Assembly: GCA_011109175.1 (NCBI GenBank)
Contig: RDEW01000014.1
Location: 248,001 to 312,000, forward strand
Direction: 5' to 3'
From: Dicyema japonicum
Taxonomy: Eukaryota; Animalia; Dicyemida
Length of the DNA stretch: 64,000 bases
Every line of letters begins with the position of its first letter. Position 1 is the stretch's first letter. Of this stretch, positions 38,575 to 52,799 are shown piece by piece. The notes beneath the pieces were generated by a model that did not search any database, was not told where the DNA came from, and saw nothing but the letters and a program-made list of their open reading frames with translations. Position numbers and translations under genes: made by a program.

Positions 38575-38647
38575 CGACCACGGTGGGACTCGAACCCACA
38601 ATCGTCTGGTTCGAAGCCAGACGCCTTATCCATTAGGCCACGCGGCC
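38575..38647 (-). tRNA. trnR-TCG: tRNA-Arg (anticodon TCG)
   Basis: 73-nt cloverleaf GGCCGCGTGGCCTAATGGATAAGGCGTCTGGCTTCGAACCAGACGATTGTGGGTTCGAGTCCCACCGTGGTCG followed by a T-run terminator. Confidence 0.97.
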
Positions 38648-39039
38648 GTCTTATATACAAAATTATAAACTGATTCAAATAACATAACGTGTTTCACTTG
38701 AATACAGTTGAATTAGTCTTTTAGAATTCCTACATACAGAGTTGTTCTAGAAGATTTTGTACCAGAAGCTGTCAAGATACATTAAGATGATATCTTAATT
38801 CACTGATAGCATTCAATCCAAATAAGACATTCTAACTTCTTAAAGGAGAGGGTTTTACATCATGTCTCAATTTCTGTTCTCCACCTTGCTGACATTCGTT
38901 TTGAAAAACCGATCGATTCTCAAATCCCCTGGATATTTGTTGACAGTGTGTCTTATCAAACAAATCACACTTTCATATGAAATCTAATTTTTTCTATAAT
39001 CGGACGCCAGTGTAGTCAGACGTCCCAGTCTTTTAATAA

Positions 39040-39622
39040 AAGACTAAAACTTTTCCCCTATACCTTCAGTTATCTCAACAACAATCACTCGGAACGTGAA
39101 CCGGTCCAAGATATTTTCTTATTTTCCCTTGAAAAATTCGAGGTCATATGGCGGACTTGAAACGAGCAGCGATCACAATCTTGTTGTCGTTAGGCTAATA
39201 CTAAACAGAATTTTTGAGAATACATGGAAAACGTAAAGGTATCGCCTCCGTACGATACGACACGGAGAGGCTACGTTATGAAGAATCTACCAGTTTTCGA
39301 TATAGTAAACATTAACTCCATTAACGAAAATCAACAAGAAAATAAAGCATGGGAGGAAATAGTCGTTGCTATGCAAAAAACAGTCTCTAGTGTTTTGGGT
39401 CCTACCCCCAAACCCAGTCACAAACAAAGCAGTCTGGATATAATACGACTTTCTGTAATACAAAAAGAGCTTAGGCTCCAATTCGAAAATACAAGTGCAC
39501 CAGAAAACATCAACGAGCTCACTCTGAGAGGCAGAGTCCTAACAAAGATCAAACAAATACAAAAATTCCTTGCCAGAAGTGAAGCAGAAAATCAAATTTT
39601 CGAAATAACGAAATATAGATAA
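39040..39622 (+). mobile_element. RTE-like LINE fragment (APE end and linker)
   Basis: SDHNLVVV near 39170; linker similar to 13174-13450 and 15480-15680. Confidence 0.55.
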
Positions 39623-39999
39623 ACCAAGGATGTTCAATGCAATTCTCCTTTTCAATCGGATCCGATCACAGTCCATGACAACTTCGGTCGTACTGCCATT
39701 GGAGACGTCAACAAAGCTAATATAATAGCTTCTCATTTTGATCATATATTCAACACGCACAGCGAAATTAAAAAACGTGGTTGTTGTGTGGTTATGCCTG
39801 TCGTTAAAAAAGCTCCTACAAAGAAAATTGCTAAAATCAAAAAGGCCACCTCTGGAGAAGGTTTAAAAAAGAGTTGTATTGAAAGCATTAAGGATCTGTC
39901 TTTGGAACCCTTAACTGTGAAAGACAAACCCAAAACAGCGTCCAGAGTGGAGTCGGTTGACAGTTGAACTCTCGGCTATAGACAAGAGCATGGGGAGTA

Positions 40000-42900
40000 T
40001 CAAACTTGCAAACCTGTTATGTGGATTGAAATCACTGATAAAACGCCAGAATGACTGGAAAAGGCCCCGGGATTTTCCGATTGGAGTTTAAAGAAAAGTC
40101 AGATAAAATCTCATTCGTTAAAGAGACTAATCAATTTTCTCCTTTTGGAAAGGGAAACCACAAGGTGATCGAACTCGAAGATAGGCTTTCGGAAGTTGTA
40201 TCTAAAGAATGTGTTAATATGGATTGAGGAAAACGAACTTATGGCTTACATGAAAAAATTGCTTAACCACTGAGTCATGAAACGTATTGTAAAAAATGGA
40301 AGAAAACTCTCTGTTGTGAAGATGAGCTTAAAGTCAAGGGCAGAAGCTAAGTCCTTGATACGCCTGAATCTTGTCATTAGATGGATGGAAATCGATTGTG
40401 AGTAAGCCAGAAAACCACCCCCAAGATGCTTTAATTGTCAATATTTCGGACACATTGCAAAACATTGCAATGGGGCAAAGAGATATTTCTTATGTGGAGG
40501 ACCACATAGTTCCCCGGAATGCCCAGAACCGAACAATAGAAGATCCTGTATCAACTGCGGGTCTGGTGATCACGGAACGAGTTATGGTGGTTGTCCGGTT
40601 GCCAGGGAAGCCGCGGCCTTCACAGGCAATGGAACCGAATGTCATGGGTTAGGAACATGGAGGAGACGAGAAAATCCTCCTCCGCCACATTACCTAGATA
40701 CGAAGTCTAGTGAAAACAAGCAGGACGCAATAATCAAAAATCGACTCTAAAATACGATGTTATGAATCCAACACAGAAAAAGCCAATTGTAGATAAAGAA
40801 TACCTGGAGGAGAAGCTAAAAAGGTTTTGCTGGGAATCTATTCCGGGGGCATCTGAAAGACAATCGAGAGAACTTACATATGTGATTAACCGTCTAAATG
40901 AAGAGTGTGATAAGGTAAACTTGGATTTACTGCAAGTGGTGGCTCTGGTCCTGAAAAGATCAGGCCGCCAAGACCAGTGAACCAAAACATAAGGATCATG
41001 CTCGTGAATGCCGATTGAGGAGGCATCACGAGCTAGCTTCCCTGGCGAATGCCGAGGAAACTGATATGATAATTGTCAACGAAACGAAGATGAAGTCATA
41101 TGAGAATACAGTACTCCCGGGTTTCGAATCGATATCTTTATACTGGAAAGAAGGGGCTATACCAGGGACTGGAACATCAATTTTTTATCGGTATCATCTG
41201 AAGACAAGGAATCCCAGAATTGTTTCATCAATTTGTTGTGAGTTTGTCGCCATTGATGTTTGTTGTGTCGACGGATGGCTCGCAATTGGCGGTATGAAAG
41301 AATGTACCGGAGATATCTCCCAGTTCTTCAGCGAAAATCCGATGGCCATACTGGGAGGTGTTCTCAACTCCAAGAGCACATCCTTTGGCTGCAAGAAGAG
41401 TAACAGGGATGGCAAGCTCCTGATGAGCTATCTAAAGGCCTAGAGTAAAAGTTCTTACATAAAAGAGGATAACCATTTTCTCCCACGGGGGTGACAAGCT
41501 TGGTGTCTTCTTGATTTTCCATGCTATTTCAGAATACGCCGACGCTCCAATTACTCTTCCGGATATTGGCAGTGACCACATTCCATTGCTAATATCCGTG
41601 GATATGAAAATGATTAATGAATCTGGAGTCTTTGTCGGTTACGATACCAAGAATCTAAACTGGAATCACTATATGTGGTTCATTGCAAAGGAATTAATGT
41701 TAGGGCATACCGAGCCCAAGACTCGTGTGGAAATTGATAAAACAAGTAAACGAGTAACGGATCTGATATTATACTATCTGGATAACTTTGCTAGAAAAAT
41801 ATACTCAAGAAACGATAATGTTGTCCCTACTCCATGGCACATCAAGAAGATTGTGTTAAAAAAATAATCTAAAAACTAAACTGAGGAGATGCGTAGACCC
41901 ACAGGACCGCTTAGCCTTGTCTCACAACATTGACGAACTACAAAAGCAGTTGTCGGAAAAATTCAAAAGTTGGAATGAGAATAAGTGGAGCTCTCAACTA
42001 CGGAAGCTAAACAAACACAATCCCTCTTTCTGGAAGGTATACGAAGAGTGAGGAACCCAGAGTCAATCGCAAACAAGATTGTGCTCAAGAATGGCACCTA
42101 CTATGCTGAAAAGAAATACCTCTAGTTTTTGAGACACAGCTTAAAAAGATATTTGATGTGGACGATGATGTCATCGCAAAGAAGACTTGTTACGAACCAT
42201 TGTCAGAGAAAACAGCATTATAGAGATCCCTCTAGAGAGCTAAAGATAGCAAATATAAGAGCTGTCAACAATAAAGTTCAGGGCAGTGATTTCATAAAAG
42301 CTAGGATGTTCAAAGAAGGCCCGGAAATTGTATTCAAGTCCTAAAAGATATGTTCAACGCATGCATAAAAATTGGCCATGTTCCGCAGGAATAGAAGAAG
42401 ACCATTGTACGGATGGTGGCGAAGACAGGAAGACCAAAAATGATCCTGATACCTACCGTCCGATCAGCCTGATTAAGTCGATCTCAAAAGTCATGGAGAA
42501 AATCATCTTCTGGAGGCTTACAACTCAGTTGGAAAAAGAAGATTACTTCAGAAATGATTAATTTGGTTTTCGCCTAGGACGGTCATGCGGTTATTGCTTA
42601 TTTCATCTCAACTCTGAGTTATGCAAAGCCAGAGAATCCAAATGTCTCTGAATGTCATATGTCTCGACATACCAAAAACATTGACAGTGTTAACCAAAGA
42701 GCCATAATCGATCAGTTATCTCGGAGGGGAGCCCAAAGGAACTAGTAATTGGGTAAAAGAATACCTAGAAGGAAGAAAATCCTATGTTAGATGCGGACGC
42801 TATTTTTAAAATATGATATTATTAAAGAAAGGAGTGTCACAAGGATCAATTTTGAGCCCTCTATTGGTGCGGTCTTTATGGGTTACAACTGTCAGAAGAA

Positions 42901-43340
42901 AAATCTAGTGCAATGATGTTCCTCGGTCGGAATGGTAAAAAAAATCAGAAAGACTCCTTATGCGGAATCAACATTGTGAGTTCCCATAAGTATCTTGGAA
43001 CAGCTTTTGAGAAATCTGGGAGCACATTGTGCGATTTTAAACTCAAAAGGAAGAAAGCCCACCATACGTTATTGTGTATGAGGAAATTGAAACTCGAAAT
43101 TTATTTTTCTTTATTATTTATTTTTTCACGTACAATCATTCCATCCCTCTTTATGGACTGGAAGGATGGTATTACACTGCATGCAAAAAGTGTTTTATCT
43201 TGCTTCTTGAAAAATCGAAGAAAGCAGGGATCAAGATTGCCCTACACAAAAGGCTCGACGAGAAGCTAGATGAAGATGAAAATTTGCTAGCAATGTCGAT
43301 AAGAAATGCAGCAAAAAAAGGATGGAAAACTACCTGAAAA
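40000..43340 (+). mobile_element. Near-full-length degenerate Jockey/I-like LINE (ORF1 CCHC plus ORF2 APE-RT)
   Basis: CCHC knuckles 40430-40620; APE MIIVNETK, GGVLNSK, GSDHIPL; RT TYRPISLIKSISKVMEK, QGSILSP. Confidence 0.85.
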
Positions 43341-43479
43341 AATGGCATCATTGACTCGTATGTTGCAATATAGAATAAACGATAAGAGGGGTCTGAGAGC
43401 GCAGAGAAGAGTCCAAGCGTTTGCAGGACTTGCGGCATGAGGCCAAATAATTCCTTCTTCAATTTTTCCTTGCTAATAA

Positions 43480-44520
43480 AGCTGCTAAAGTTAAAGTTAA
43501 AAAATTACCCACACAATGAAACATGACAAATCCACTTTATTGCATCCAATAAGCATTTCTGAAACTCTTTATGCAATCAAAAAACTGGACACCGGAAGAT
43601 CTACAGGACTAGATAATTTCTCAGCAGAAATTTTAAAACATGCCCTGGAGGAGCTAGCCAAAATGATCACCAATGTTTTCAATTGGTCTCTCCAGGAAGA
43701 CAATGCGATGGAACTGGGAAAAGGGTGGCTAATACCTTTCAAAAACGCGGGAAAGCTAAAGGTCTCAATTGAAAGTTTAGACCGATAATTCTACTAACTT
43801 CCATACGCAAAACACTGTCTCTCATTGCATTACACTGGATAAAAAGCAAAGTGAACAAATTCCTATTCCCCGGCCAAGTGGATTTCGGACAAGCAGGTCT
43901 ACCCGATGTAGTGGGGGCACAGATAGTATTGTGCTCTATGCCTAAAGTATAAAAAATCTATTGAAATATTTGTCATTGATATGTCCCGTGCATTTGATTC
44001 GGTACACTGGGGAAAACTTATGGAAGTTCTGAGAGTTTTCTTCATTAAAATAATACGCCTTCTTATGCAGAACACTCATCTTTCTGTCAAAATTGGCAAA
44101 TGCACCTCCAACTTTTTTCCGACTTGACGTAGAGTTCTACAGGGGACTCGTTATCCCCGGTATTCCTCATTGTTTACCTTGAAGATGCACTAAGAGAGTT
44201 CAGGGCCCTGATTGGAAACAACTATGACGAGATAATTTATGCGGACGACTGGATTTTGTCTCTGGGGATACTCAAACACGTCAGCACGTGCTCAACGTAC
44301 TCCCAAACATATATTTGAAATGGTTCTTAACCGTGAATCCGACAAAACGGAGTTTACAACGCTTACACGTAATGATCGGAGATCGGACTCGGAATCTCTT
44401 GGGAATCTCTAAACGGGAAATAAACCTTCTTGACTTTTTCCACAGAGCTCAGCTCTAATCGGTAATCAAGATCACCTATGAAGATATCTAATGCAAACCT
44501 TTATAATAAATGCTCCACCT
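43480..44520 (+). mobile_element. RTE-like RT fragment
   Basis: GRSTGLDNFSAEILK, IDMSRAFDSV, GDSLSPVFL, IIYADD. Confidence 0.85.
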
Positions 44521-45557
44521 TTTCTGCGGCGGGTAATGCGTTTACCGCGCTCCAGATCATGTTGGTTTAAGAAAGGGAGTCGATGCACGTGGCGTCCATA
44601 CCAGTGGCTTCCATTCCTTGAACGGAAAATTTGAGCGAAAAATTATTTTGAGGTGTTATGGAATAGAAAAAGCTTTTTCATGATAACAATGTTGAAGCAA
44701 ATTTTCAATGATAATGAATAGATATCAAGGTCATTTTAATCACATAAGTATAATTTCGTAAAGACAGGCTTCAGATATCAATTTGATATGAGAACTATTT
44801 ACTGAAAATAAGAATTTCGCCTCTCCCTCTTGAGAACTCCCCTTTGGTTCCTAACCTCAAATTGATCTTCAAAATCTCATTTCGATATAAAAATCTAAAT
44901 TTCAACATCTAATTTGGCGACCTACCATTGTGTTACTCGATCTCAAATTGATCCAGAGTTTCCTCATGAGTAAGTTTTAGATCCTTTATTTTTTTCCATT
45001 TTGAAAAATATATTTTCTATTGGGTTTCAGCATGGGAGAATATGGTGAAAGGAATTTCAGTTGATTTCCATTAGTCGTGAATCTTCCAGCATTTTTATTT
45101 GTTCTATGAATTGCTGCGTTGTCACATATGAATAAAATATTAGTCAGAATTTAAATAATCAAAAGAGTCACTTATGTATCCATAAAACTTTCAGAATTAT
45201 ATGGCTTAGTTGAAATTTTGTAAAAAAATTATTTCTACTTCATTCAATGCGTAGAAAACACTGATGTTTCTTTATCTTAAAGATTTAACAACAAAAGTAG
45301 TTTTTCCTTTAAAGCTCGTCCATAGTAGTTTCGCATTGAAGCGTTAAATCCAGCCTAGTATAAACCTATTAAATCTAACCTAGTCTACAAAAAATATTTT
45401 TTCAGGTGTAGATGAAAGTACATTTTATATACTTCCGAGCATACGACTCTCTTTGATTTTCAACATCTACGGATATTCTTCGTTCAGTCTATTTTCATTT
45501 ATAAGATTCTCCAACATTAGCAAAATACACAGTTAGCGATAACTGTGAAGATATAGA

Positions 45558-45952
45558 GCGACGTGGTCACGTGGTGAGTAACTGTAATCAATTTTAGCCT
45601 AGATGTTAAAATTTATCTGATTGATGTGACGTACTTCTCACTTAGTCTTGAAAACCCTTTTTCTCTAACCTGATGTTGCTACCTGATTCAAGATTTCTCT
45701 TCCTTCCTTCTGGTAACGTCATTGGATCCACCTTACTCAGGAGACGCTCAATGCCTAGCCGGCAATCAAAAGAATCCTTCTATTCATTCCACCGGGAGAC
45801 AATTTTGCTTCGAAATTCGCTTCCAGTTCTGGAATAGACCTCAACTTCCTAGACGACGTCCTTTGGATTACTATGTTTGGGTGAGGGTTCTGCTGGAACT
45901 CCTCAGGATCAAGAAAGTAGTTTGGTTTACCATTGGTCATGGAATAATTTAA
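45558..45952 (+). mobile_element. Pseudoknot repeat, subfamily 2, with LINE-type tail
   Basis: GC-rich head GCGACGTGGTCACGTGG; fold at 45715-45777; tail TGGTTTACCATTGGTCATGGAATAA like other LINE 3' ends. Confidence 0.6.
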
Positions 45953-46277
45953 TAACCTGTTACGTGGTAATGGGTGAAAAATTACAAACGAAGAAGAGTA
46001 CATTTTATTTTTTAAGAGATTATTAATATAAAAAAGTTTACTAATAATATCAAAAATAACCATTTTCTTAGTAATTTGGTACATCCGAAAATTTAAATAT
46101 ACATAAAACCAAGGAACCATTATAAATGACTACGGTTATCCCGAATAATTTACAAAATAAAAACGAAGGTTTTTGCAATAAATAAAATTAGATATTGTTG
46201 AACCTAATTCAGAAAAATTAATAGAGGACCAAAATATAATCATCAAAAAAGAAGAGGACAACTATCCCCGGTATAAT

Positions 46278-47472
46278 ATGTCAATTAATATTAGAATGAC
46301 TAAGGAATACTTGAGAAGACACTGCAAAGATTTAAAACTTTACGTGACTCCGTATTTGAATGATGTCCTGTATCTTCATTTTAAAGGTTATTTGTTTTGT
46401 TTATTGTTGGCTTTTCGAAAAATTGAGAATCTTGACGAATATACTGGTCTTAAATGTCTTGGTTAGAATCCAACGGAATCACAAAGATTGAAATTTAAAT
46501 AATCCAGATCTTCGTTGTTTGTTTCTTCATCAAAATCTTATTAAAAAAATTGAAAATTTATCTCATTTGGCAAAATCTATCTCAGATCAATCTTTCTCAC
46601 AATATGATTCGCAAAATAGAAAATTTAGGTTAAACGAATAATTATTAAAAGATTCTCTTCCAAACTCGAAACTTTGGAAATCTCTCATAATAAATTAGAG
46701 GATAGGGATAAGTATCGCTGCCCTTACTGACTGCAATCAAATTTCAGTCCTCAACCTTTCCCACAATTTTATAGATGGAGAAGTCATAGATATATTTCTC
46801 ACAAATGAAATCATTGGTGGTCAATTAATACAACATTATAGAAAGTCCTGTATTTGATGGGGAATCCAATAGCCAAGAATATGCGACAGTACAGAAAGCA
46901 GTTAATATATAATATCGTTCAATTTTTTATTATATTAGAAAAATTTAACATATCTGGATGATCGACCTGTTTTTCCACGTGACCGAGCATGCACGGAAGC
47001 CTGGTAGAGGGTATTTAAATTTTGAAGGTTTGTTGGGGGTGCAGAAGCAGAGACAGCTGAAAGACAATTGTGGATAAATAGAGAAAACAAGAAAATTCGT
47101 GATAGTGTTGATGGTTTGTTTTTTGTTGAAAATATTACTAGCATTGACCCAGCTTAGAAAAAAATCAACAGCAAAAAGAATTGAGAATGAACTTAGAGAA
47201 GAGCACGACAAACAAGGGAATACAGGTCCTTATCCTGTCGTAGATGTTGACTCTGTTTGCTGGCTTTCTGGAGAATATAAGTTGATTGAAACTGCAGAAT
47301 TAAACGAAAATACAGGTTATCAGCAAAATATTATATATTAGAGCAAAATATTGAACACGAGGAAATAGATTCTACAGAAAAAAAATCTGAGGATATAAAA
47401 ATAGAAGTGATAGATGACGTGATTATTCCAAATAAACAAACAGAGAGACTAGAAGGGATTTTTGGTAATTAA
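46278..47472 (+). CDS. DNAAF1: Dynein axonemal assembly factor 1 (LRRC50/ODA7)
   Basis: [71 protein letters not shown]; short introns and several 1-nt indels; 3' end approximate. Confidence 0.9.
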
Positions 47473-47758
47473 TAATTTCTAGTTGTAGGGAGACCGTCCA
47501 ATGAGACAAACTCGAATATGAGAGTTAAATTAAATGTGATTTAATAGTTTATGATGGATGCATGTAAGACATTTGATAATGAAGATGATGTGTCTGTTTT
47601 GGAAGTCGACGTCAAGTCGGATAACTAAACTTAAATAATAAACTGATTCTTAATTTAAATAATTAAAATTAAAGCCATAGTTTGGAATTTTAATATTTTT
47701 TTCCATTTTGGCTCAATGTACTTTTATACAATAATTTTTCCATTTGGAATTTTAATTC

Positions 47759-47960
47759 GCCGCGTGGCCGATGTGGTGCTACGTGGCTAATTTCTGCTTG
47801 TTTAATTTGTTCTTCCCCTTTCCTTATTAGAGTGGCGTCATGTGATCCACCTGTCTAGATGGCGCCCAGTGGCAGGCCGACACGAAAAAAGATCATTCGT
47901 TCTCCCCCACTCCATTGGAGGGGTTTTCAAAACTGCAAGTAATGGACGTCTTTTACCCTT
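47759..47960 (+). mobile_element. Pseudoknot SINE-like repeat copy
   Basis: High identity to 36697-36910; fold at 47834-47895. Confidence 0.85.
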
Positions 47961-48559
47961 CATTATTATTTATTATTATTTTATTAAATAACCCCGAAAA
48001 AAGAACACAAGAAAGAAGGAGTAAACCAACTAATTAAGTGATCCCGGTACACCTCAAAAGGATAGAGAGGTTTTTCTTGTGTTCCTCCGGAGTACCCACG
48101 GCTTTCCTGTATCGACGACGATCACCTTTCATTAAGATTTGAAGAGGAATAATTTTTTCCCAATTTACGTTTATTTGAGGCTTCTAGTCTTGAATGGAAG
48201 AAACGACTTGTCTCATGACCACACAGACCGATGAAGCCGGAGCCGATGTTTTTGATTGAGGCGTGTCAAGCATTGGGGAAAGATCGGCAGGTACTAAAAT
48301 TGTTTTATATAACAAAAAAAAATTTTGTTTATAAATAAACTTTTTAATTTTAAAAATAATTTGTAAAAAAATTTGGTCAGTTCGGCATTTTAATACTCTC
48401 TACCGTCGGTTTTAAAAATTGATTGTACAAGACGACAGCGCATTCCCATACGGCTGGACTTTAAGAGCGGTTTCATTATATTCAGTTTCCTGAGACCCTT
48501 TGTCATAACGTTCTTCACATGTTAAGAAAATGTCATCAAAGGGTCGAAAGTCACTCCCA

Positions 48560-50700
48560 TAATATTTGGATAAATCTGTAAAGGTAAAGAGTCTTTATAT
48601 ATGCTCAAATCCAGTGTATATTTTTTTGTATGTGAAAATAGTATACGTTGATTTATCGCTGGATGTGGAGAGACGATTCAAATTCAACCAGACTCCCAGG
48701 ACATCAATATGTGACTGAAGCTCTGATTTTGCCATATCCACGTATTTGCTCCTGCTAGCGATAATTAAGTCGTCAGCATAATGTGAGAAGCATTGAATCT
48801 GGTCTTCCAGGACAGGGTAAATAGTTTAGGAATAATTGAATAGTGCAGGAGAGAGGGGCGATCCTTGAGGGACGCCATTTGGTAGAAGACGGGACCTCGA
48901 TCTTGCATGGCCTATACAGACACGTCCTCTTCTTCCGGAGAGAAAATTGGCTATCCATCTTTTCAAAACCGGCTGAATGGTGGTGTCAAAAACCTTTTTC
49001 GTGATTAATGTTCTCGGACAGAATTGAACGCCTTCTGGATGTCTAGGGAGACCATATTGTCCGTAGATGGCGTTTCGGTACGTTGAACCCTTCTGATATA
49101 AATTGAGACAGTAAAGTCAAATGTGTCGTAGTTGAACGCTCACATTTGAAAACATGTTGAAAGTGGCAGTCGGGCAAATGGGGTTTAATTTTTCAAAGTA
49201 CGAGTTTCTCCATTAGGCGCGATAATGCGCACGTTAATGAAATTAGACGGTAGAAAAAAGTTAAGGTTTTCGGTTTTCCTGGTTTAAAAATTATATTATA
49301 AGTGAGTTTTCCATTTGCATGGGATGACGTTTATGCTCGAAGACAAATTAAAAATTGACGTAATCGAATTGATTGCAACATTACCAAGGTGTTTTAGCAA
49401 AATTCCCGGAATGCCGTCAGGACCACACGTATGAGATCTTTTCATCGATCTTATAGCCTGTGTGACCTCGGCATGCGTAAATAAATTGATCCACGAAGTT
49501 GGTTTAGGCATTAAATTCTGAAGGAGACAAGAATGAGATTTTAAGAAGTCCTTGTGACTTATGGATGCGTAATATTTCATTAGGTTGTTATCTTGAACAG
49601 TATTTGGAGCAGAAAAATATTCTGATACATCTGATAAGCTTTTCGACTAATAGTTTTGCATAAAAGACTCGTGGATTTTCAAAGTCCAATAGATAATAAT
49701 AGACGGTTCGACGACCTATTTTTCTTTTCTCTGATGAGTTTTGTAATTCTCTGATTTAAACATTTTATATTTTCAAATCAGAAAAGGTTTGTTGATGATT
49801 CATCTTCATGGAGTTTTTTTGCTTGATGAGGAGACAAGTATCCGAGTCCAGGGTAGGCTTGTAGGATTGGTAAACTGTACGTGGGACAAACAACTTTTCA
49901 GTTCGAAGGATTACATGGTTTAGATGGTCCACAGCTTTATGAATGGAGCAAAATGAGCTGGGATCAAAATATATTAGGTTATGGTCAATGAAGAGCTTGA
50001 AATTAGACCAGTCAGCTTTCTTGTAGATCTTGAAGGTTGCTTTAATTTTATTGAGTTATTGAATCAGCTCAGTTTTAATATAATCGGATTATGATCACTA
50101 TGAAAATCGTAGGAGACGTTCCATGAAATCATCAGGGCAATCCTAGAGGAAGCAATGGATATGTCGGGGGAGGTTGGGTAGTCATTTCTTCATTTCTTTT
50201 TTTTAGACTGGTGTCTTTGTGAAGATGTTTGGGTGATTCAGAATCACCATTTTTTGGAAAGAGTCGATAATTAGATTAGAATAAAATGTTTTGACCCATT
50301 AATAAAATCAATAGAAATTTGTTCCGCGGTCCTGTCGTGTAGAATTAAATCATCCACTTGCGAGCTCACATCGTGGAAGGATAAACCGTTTTTAATAATG
50401 GTGAGTAAGCCGCCACCACGTCCAATACGGTCTTTTCTGATAGAGATGTATCCAGGAAAAAGTGGGGTTGTACTCTTTGCAGAAAGTTTTGACTCCTGGA
50501 TAAAGCGAATGTCAATCTTGTGCTTCGATAATAGACATCGTAACTCCAGAATCTTTGTTTTATAGCGTTAACATTAAGTAGCATAATAACAAGGGGTTTT
50601 GGTCCAGGGTTTTGTTTAATATCTCCAGAAAGCAAATAGAATCCAAGGGAACAACAACATTTCGAATTTCCAGTTGAGGTATACCCTCCAGGCATACGAG
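48560..50700 (-). mobile_element. Degenerate Jockey/I-like LINE (2A-like motif, APE, RT)
   Basis: LLSGDIKQNPGP then VIMLLNVNAI; GPDGIPGILLKHLG; PQGSPLSPALFNYFL; YADDL. Confidence 0.85.
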
Positions 50701-51577
50701 GAGTCTGCCGGGGTTAATAAAATAAATAAATAAAATTTAGCTTCAAAAACTCAAAGTTACTAACCCTGAGGTTTAGATTGTTTCGCGGAATCCGTGTTTG
50801 TACTCTATGGGCATGCTCTCTTCTATCTTCTTGGGTGCAGTAATATGAATATACGAAGATATTAAGCAATCTCAGGTTATAAACGATAAACAAAATTTTG
50901 ACTTTGGTCTTGTGAATTATTTCTACTTCAACTAGCCAATAGATCATATTTATAAAGTTTTTTTTCAAGGTTTCAAATTGTCCAGAGAAGAAACCCCCAC
51001 TTCAATTGGCCAGATTTCATCCATCTTTTTGGATGAAAAACGTTCACGTACATTGTGGGTTTTTGCTTTAGTATCTCGAATAATAGATTTTATCCTTAAG
51101 AAAGCAACGTATAGTATCAGATCGGAAAGAGATATTCCTATTCCAAGTCAAGTTTATCATCCTTCCATATCAGCAGTTATTTTCCCGTCGATTTAAATAG
51201 TATTGTTCTTCTCTTTAATATTTGACACGATATAATTAATATGATGCGGTTTCAAGGGAATATGAAAAATCATCAATTCGCTAGATTTGTCTTTCAATGA
51301 TATTGGTAACCGTAAATCAAACTGACCTGAACATAGTGGTGTATCTCCCTTGGATATATTTATGATTGAACCCAATGAAGATAGACCAGGGTGTTAACAC
51401 ATTAGTTTCACCACATCGATAAATTTTACATCTATTTATTTACCTCCTGTTCCATTCGAGTGAAGATAACTAGTGGTAACATAAAAATACAGTGGGGCAA
51501 ATAAGTCATGGCACATCAATTTTTTTAATTTGACATATTTTTTTGGCGTGTTGTTGTGGACGGTCGTTGTTGTGATT

Positions 51578-52730
51578 ATGCCTGTTGTGAAAAAAACACC
51601 TGAAAAGAATGTTCCCACTCCTAAGAAAAAGGAACCAGCCAAGTCAACTGAGGTGTGTTTATCCTGTCGGCTTGTCAGAAGTCGGAAGCGTGGGATCTCC
51701 TTCTCTGCTTGTGGAGATTTCTTCCACCTCGGGTGTATTCAAGCTATCCCAAGCCGCAGCGAGCGTGCTTGGAGTATGGCACTGCCAGCAATGCCTCGGC
51801 ATTTGCAGGGAGGTTCCCCGTGCTCGTGCCAATGTTAACTCTCCCCGTTAATTACCCATCAACCACGGACCCTGAAACATTCCTATATCTCATCTCTGAA
51901 TTACGTTCTCCACGGACTATCCCTGTGAGGATTCCCAAGGAAGTACGGCCTGTCGCTGCGGAGGTCCTTTCCAAAACGATAGAAGAAGCCTTCCAGACTA
52001 ACGCAGTACATGATTGGATGCGCTTATTCAGTTTTTGCGCCTTCCGCACTGGGACTTGATCAAGATGGTCACGGAAAGGAGTCTCTCGATACCACCATGA
52101 AAACCAACATTCGTTCTTTTTTTGGCAGGTATCCACATCCCCAGTTGTTCCATGGCTTTTAACAGTACGAGGGAGACACGTGGTCAGAACGAGGAAGTCG
52201 AAGTGCTCCGTCTCAAGAGAGAACTGTTTCGGTCGAAGTTAATTGAAGGTGGCATCCGCGCAGCCATCAGGGCACTTTCCTCGAGTGGACCACAGAAACC
52301 GACTCCAGACGCCTACATTATTTTACTGAACAAGCATCCACTGCCACCCCAGAACCTATGCCAAGTCGCTCCCCCATCCGGAGTGACTCCCATGATTGCA
52401 TCCAACGATTGAGTTCTCCTCGCAATACGTAATTTTGCCTCTAGTAGCAGTGGCGGGCTCGACGGAATAAGACCTTGCTACTTGAAGGATCTAACCTCTG
52501 TCCGTAGAAGACCAGGGACTTCGTCTTACGAATTCAATTACTTCACTTATGAACCGGATCCTTTCTGGAGTTCTTCCCGAATTTATCCAGCATGTCCTGT
52601 TCTCCGCTAATTTGATAGACTTTGATAAGAAGGGATGCATAGTACGACCGGTTGCGGTCGGGTTTGTCTTTAGAAGACTGGCTGCTAAAATTGCCTCCAG
52701 ATATTCTATTTCACTCATCACAAAAAAATT
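51578..52730 (+). mobile_element. CRE-clade retrotransposon 5' part with PHD finger
   Basis: CLSC..CGDFFHLGC..WHCQQC; RIPKEVRP; SSGGLDGIRP; VRPVAVGFVFRRLAAK. Confidence 0.85.
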
Positions 52731-52799
52731 TGACATATTTTATAATGATTACTAGGCAACATTTTTATTGACTTAAAAATAAAAATTGCCTTTAAAAAG

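Noticed and set aside
46387-46410. In-frame 24-nt intron-like insert in DNAAF1 ending in GG (exonised or non-canonical intron)
   Set aside because: A missing A in TTAG plus one extra A downstream restores a normal intron and KGFSKIENL, consistent with the indel-error pattern
51488-51506. Tc1-like TIR (TA-CAGTGGGGCAAATAAGT); also a Charlie-like CAGTGGTTCTTAA near 63720
   Set aside because: Only single ends were found, with no partner TIR or transposase
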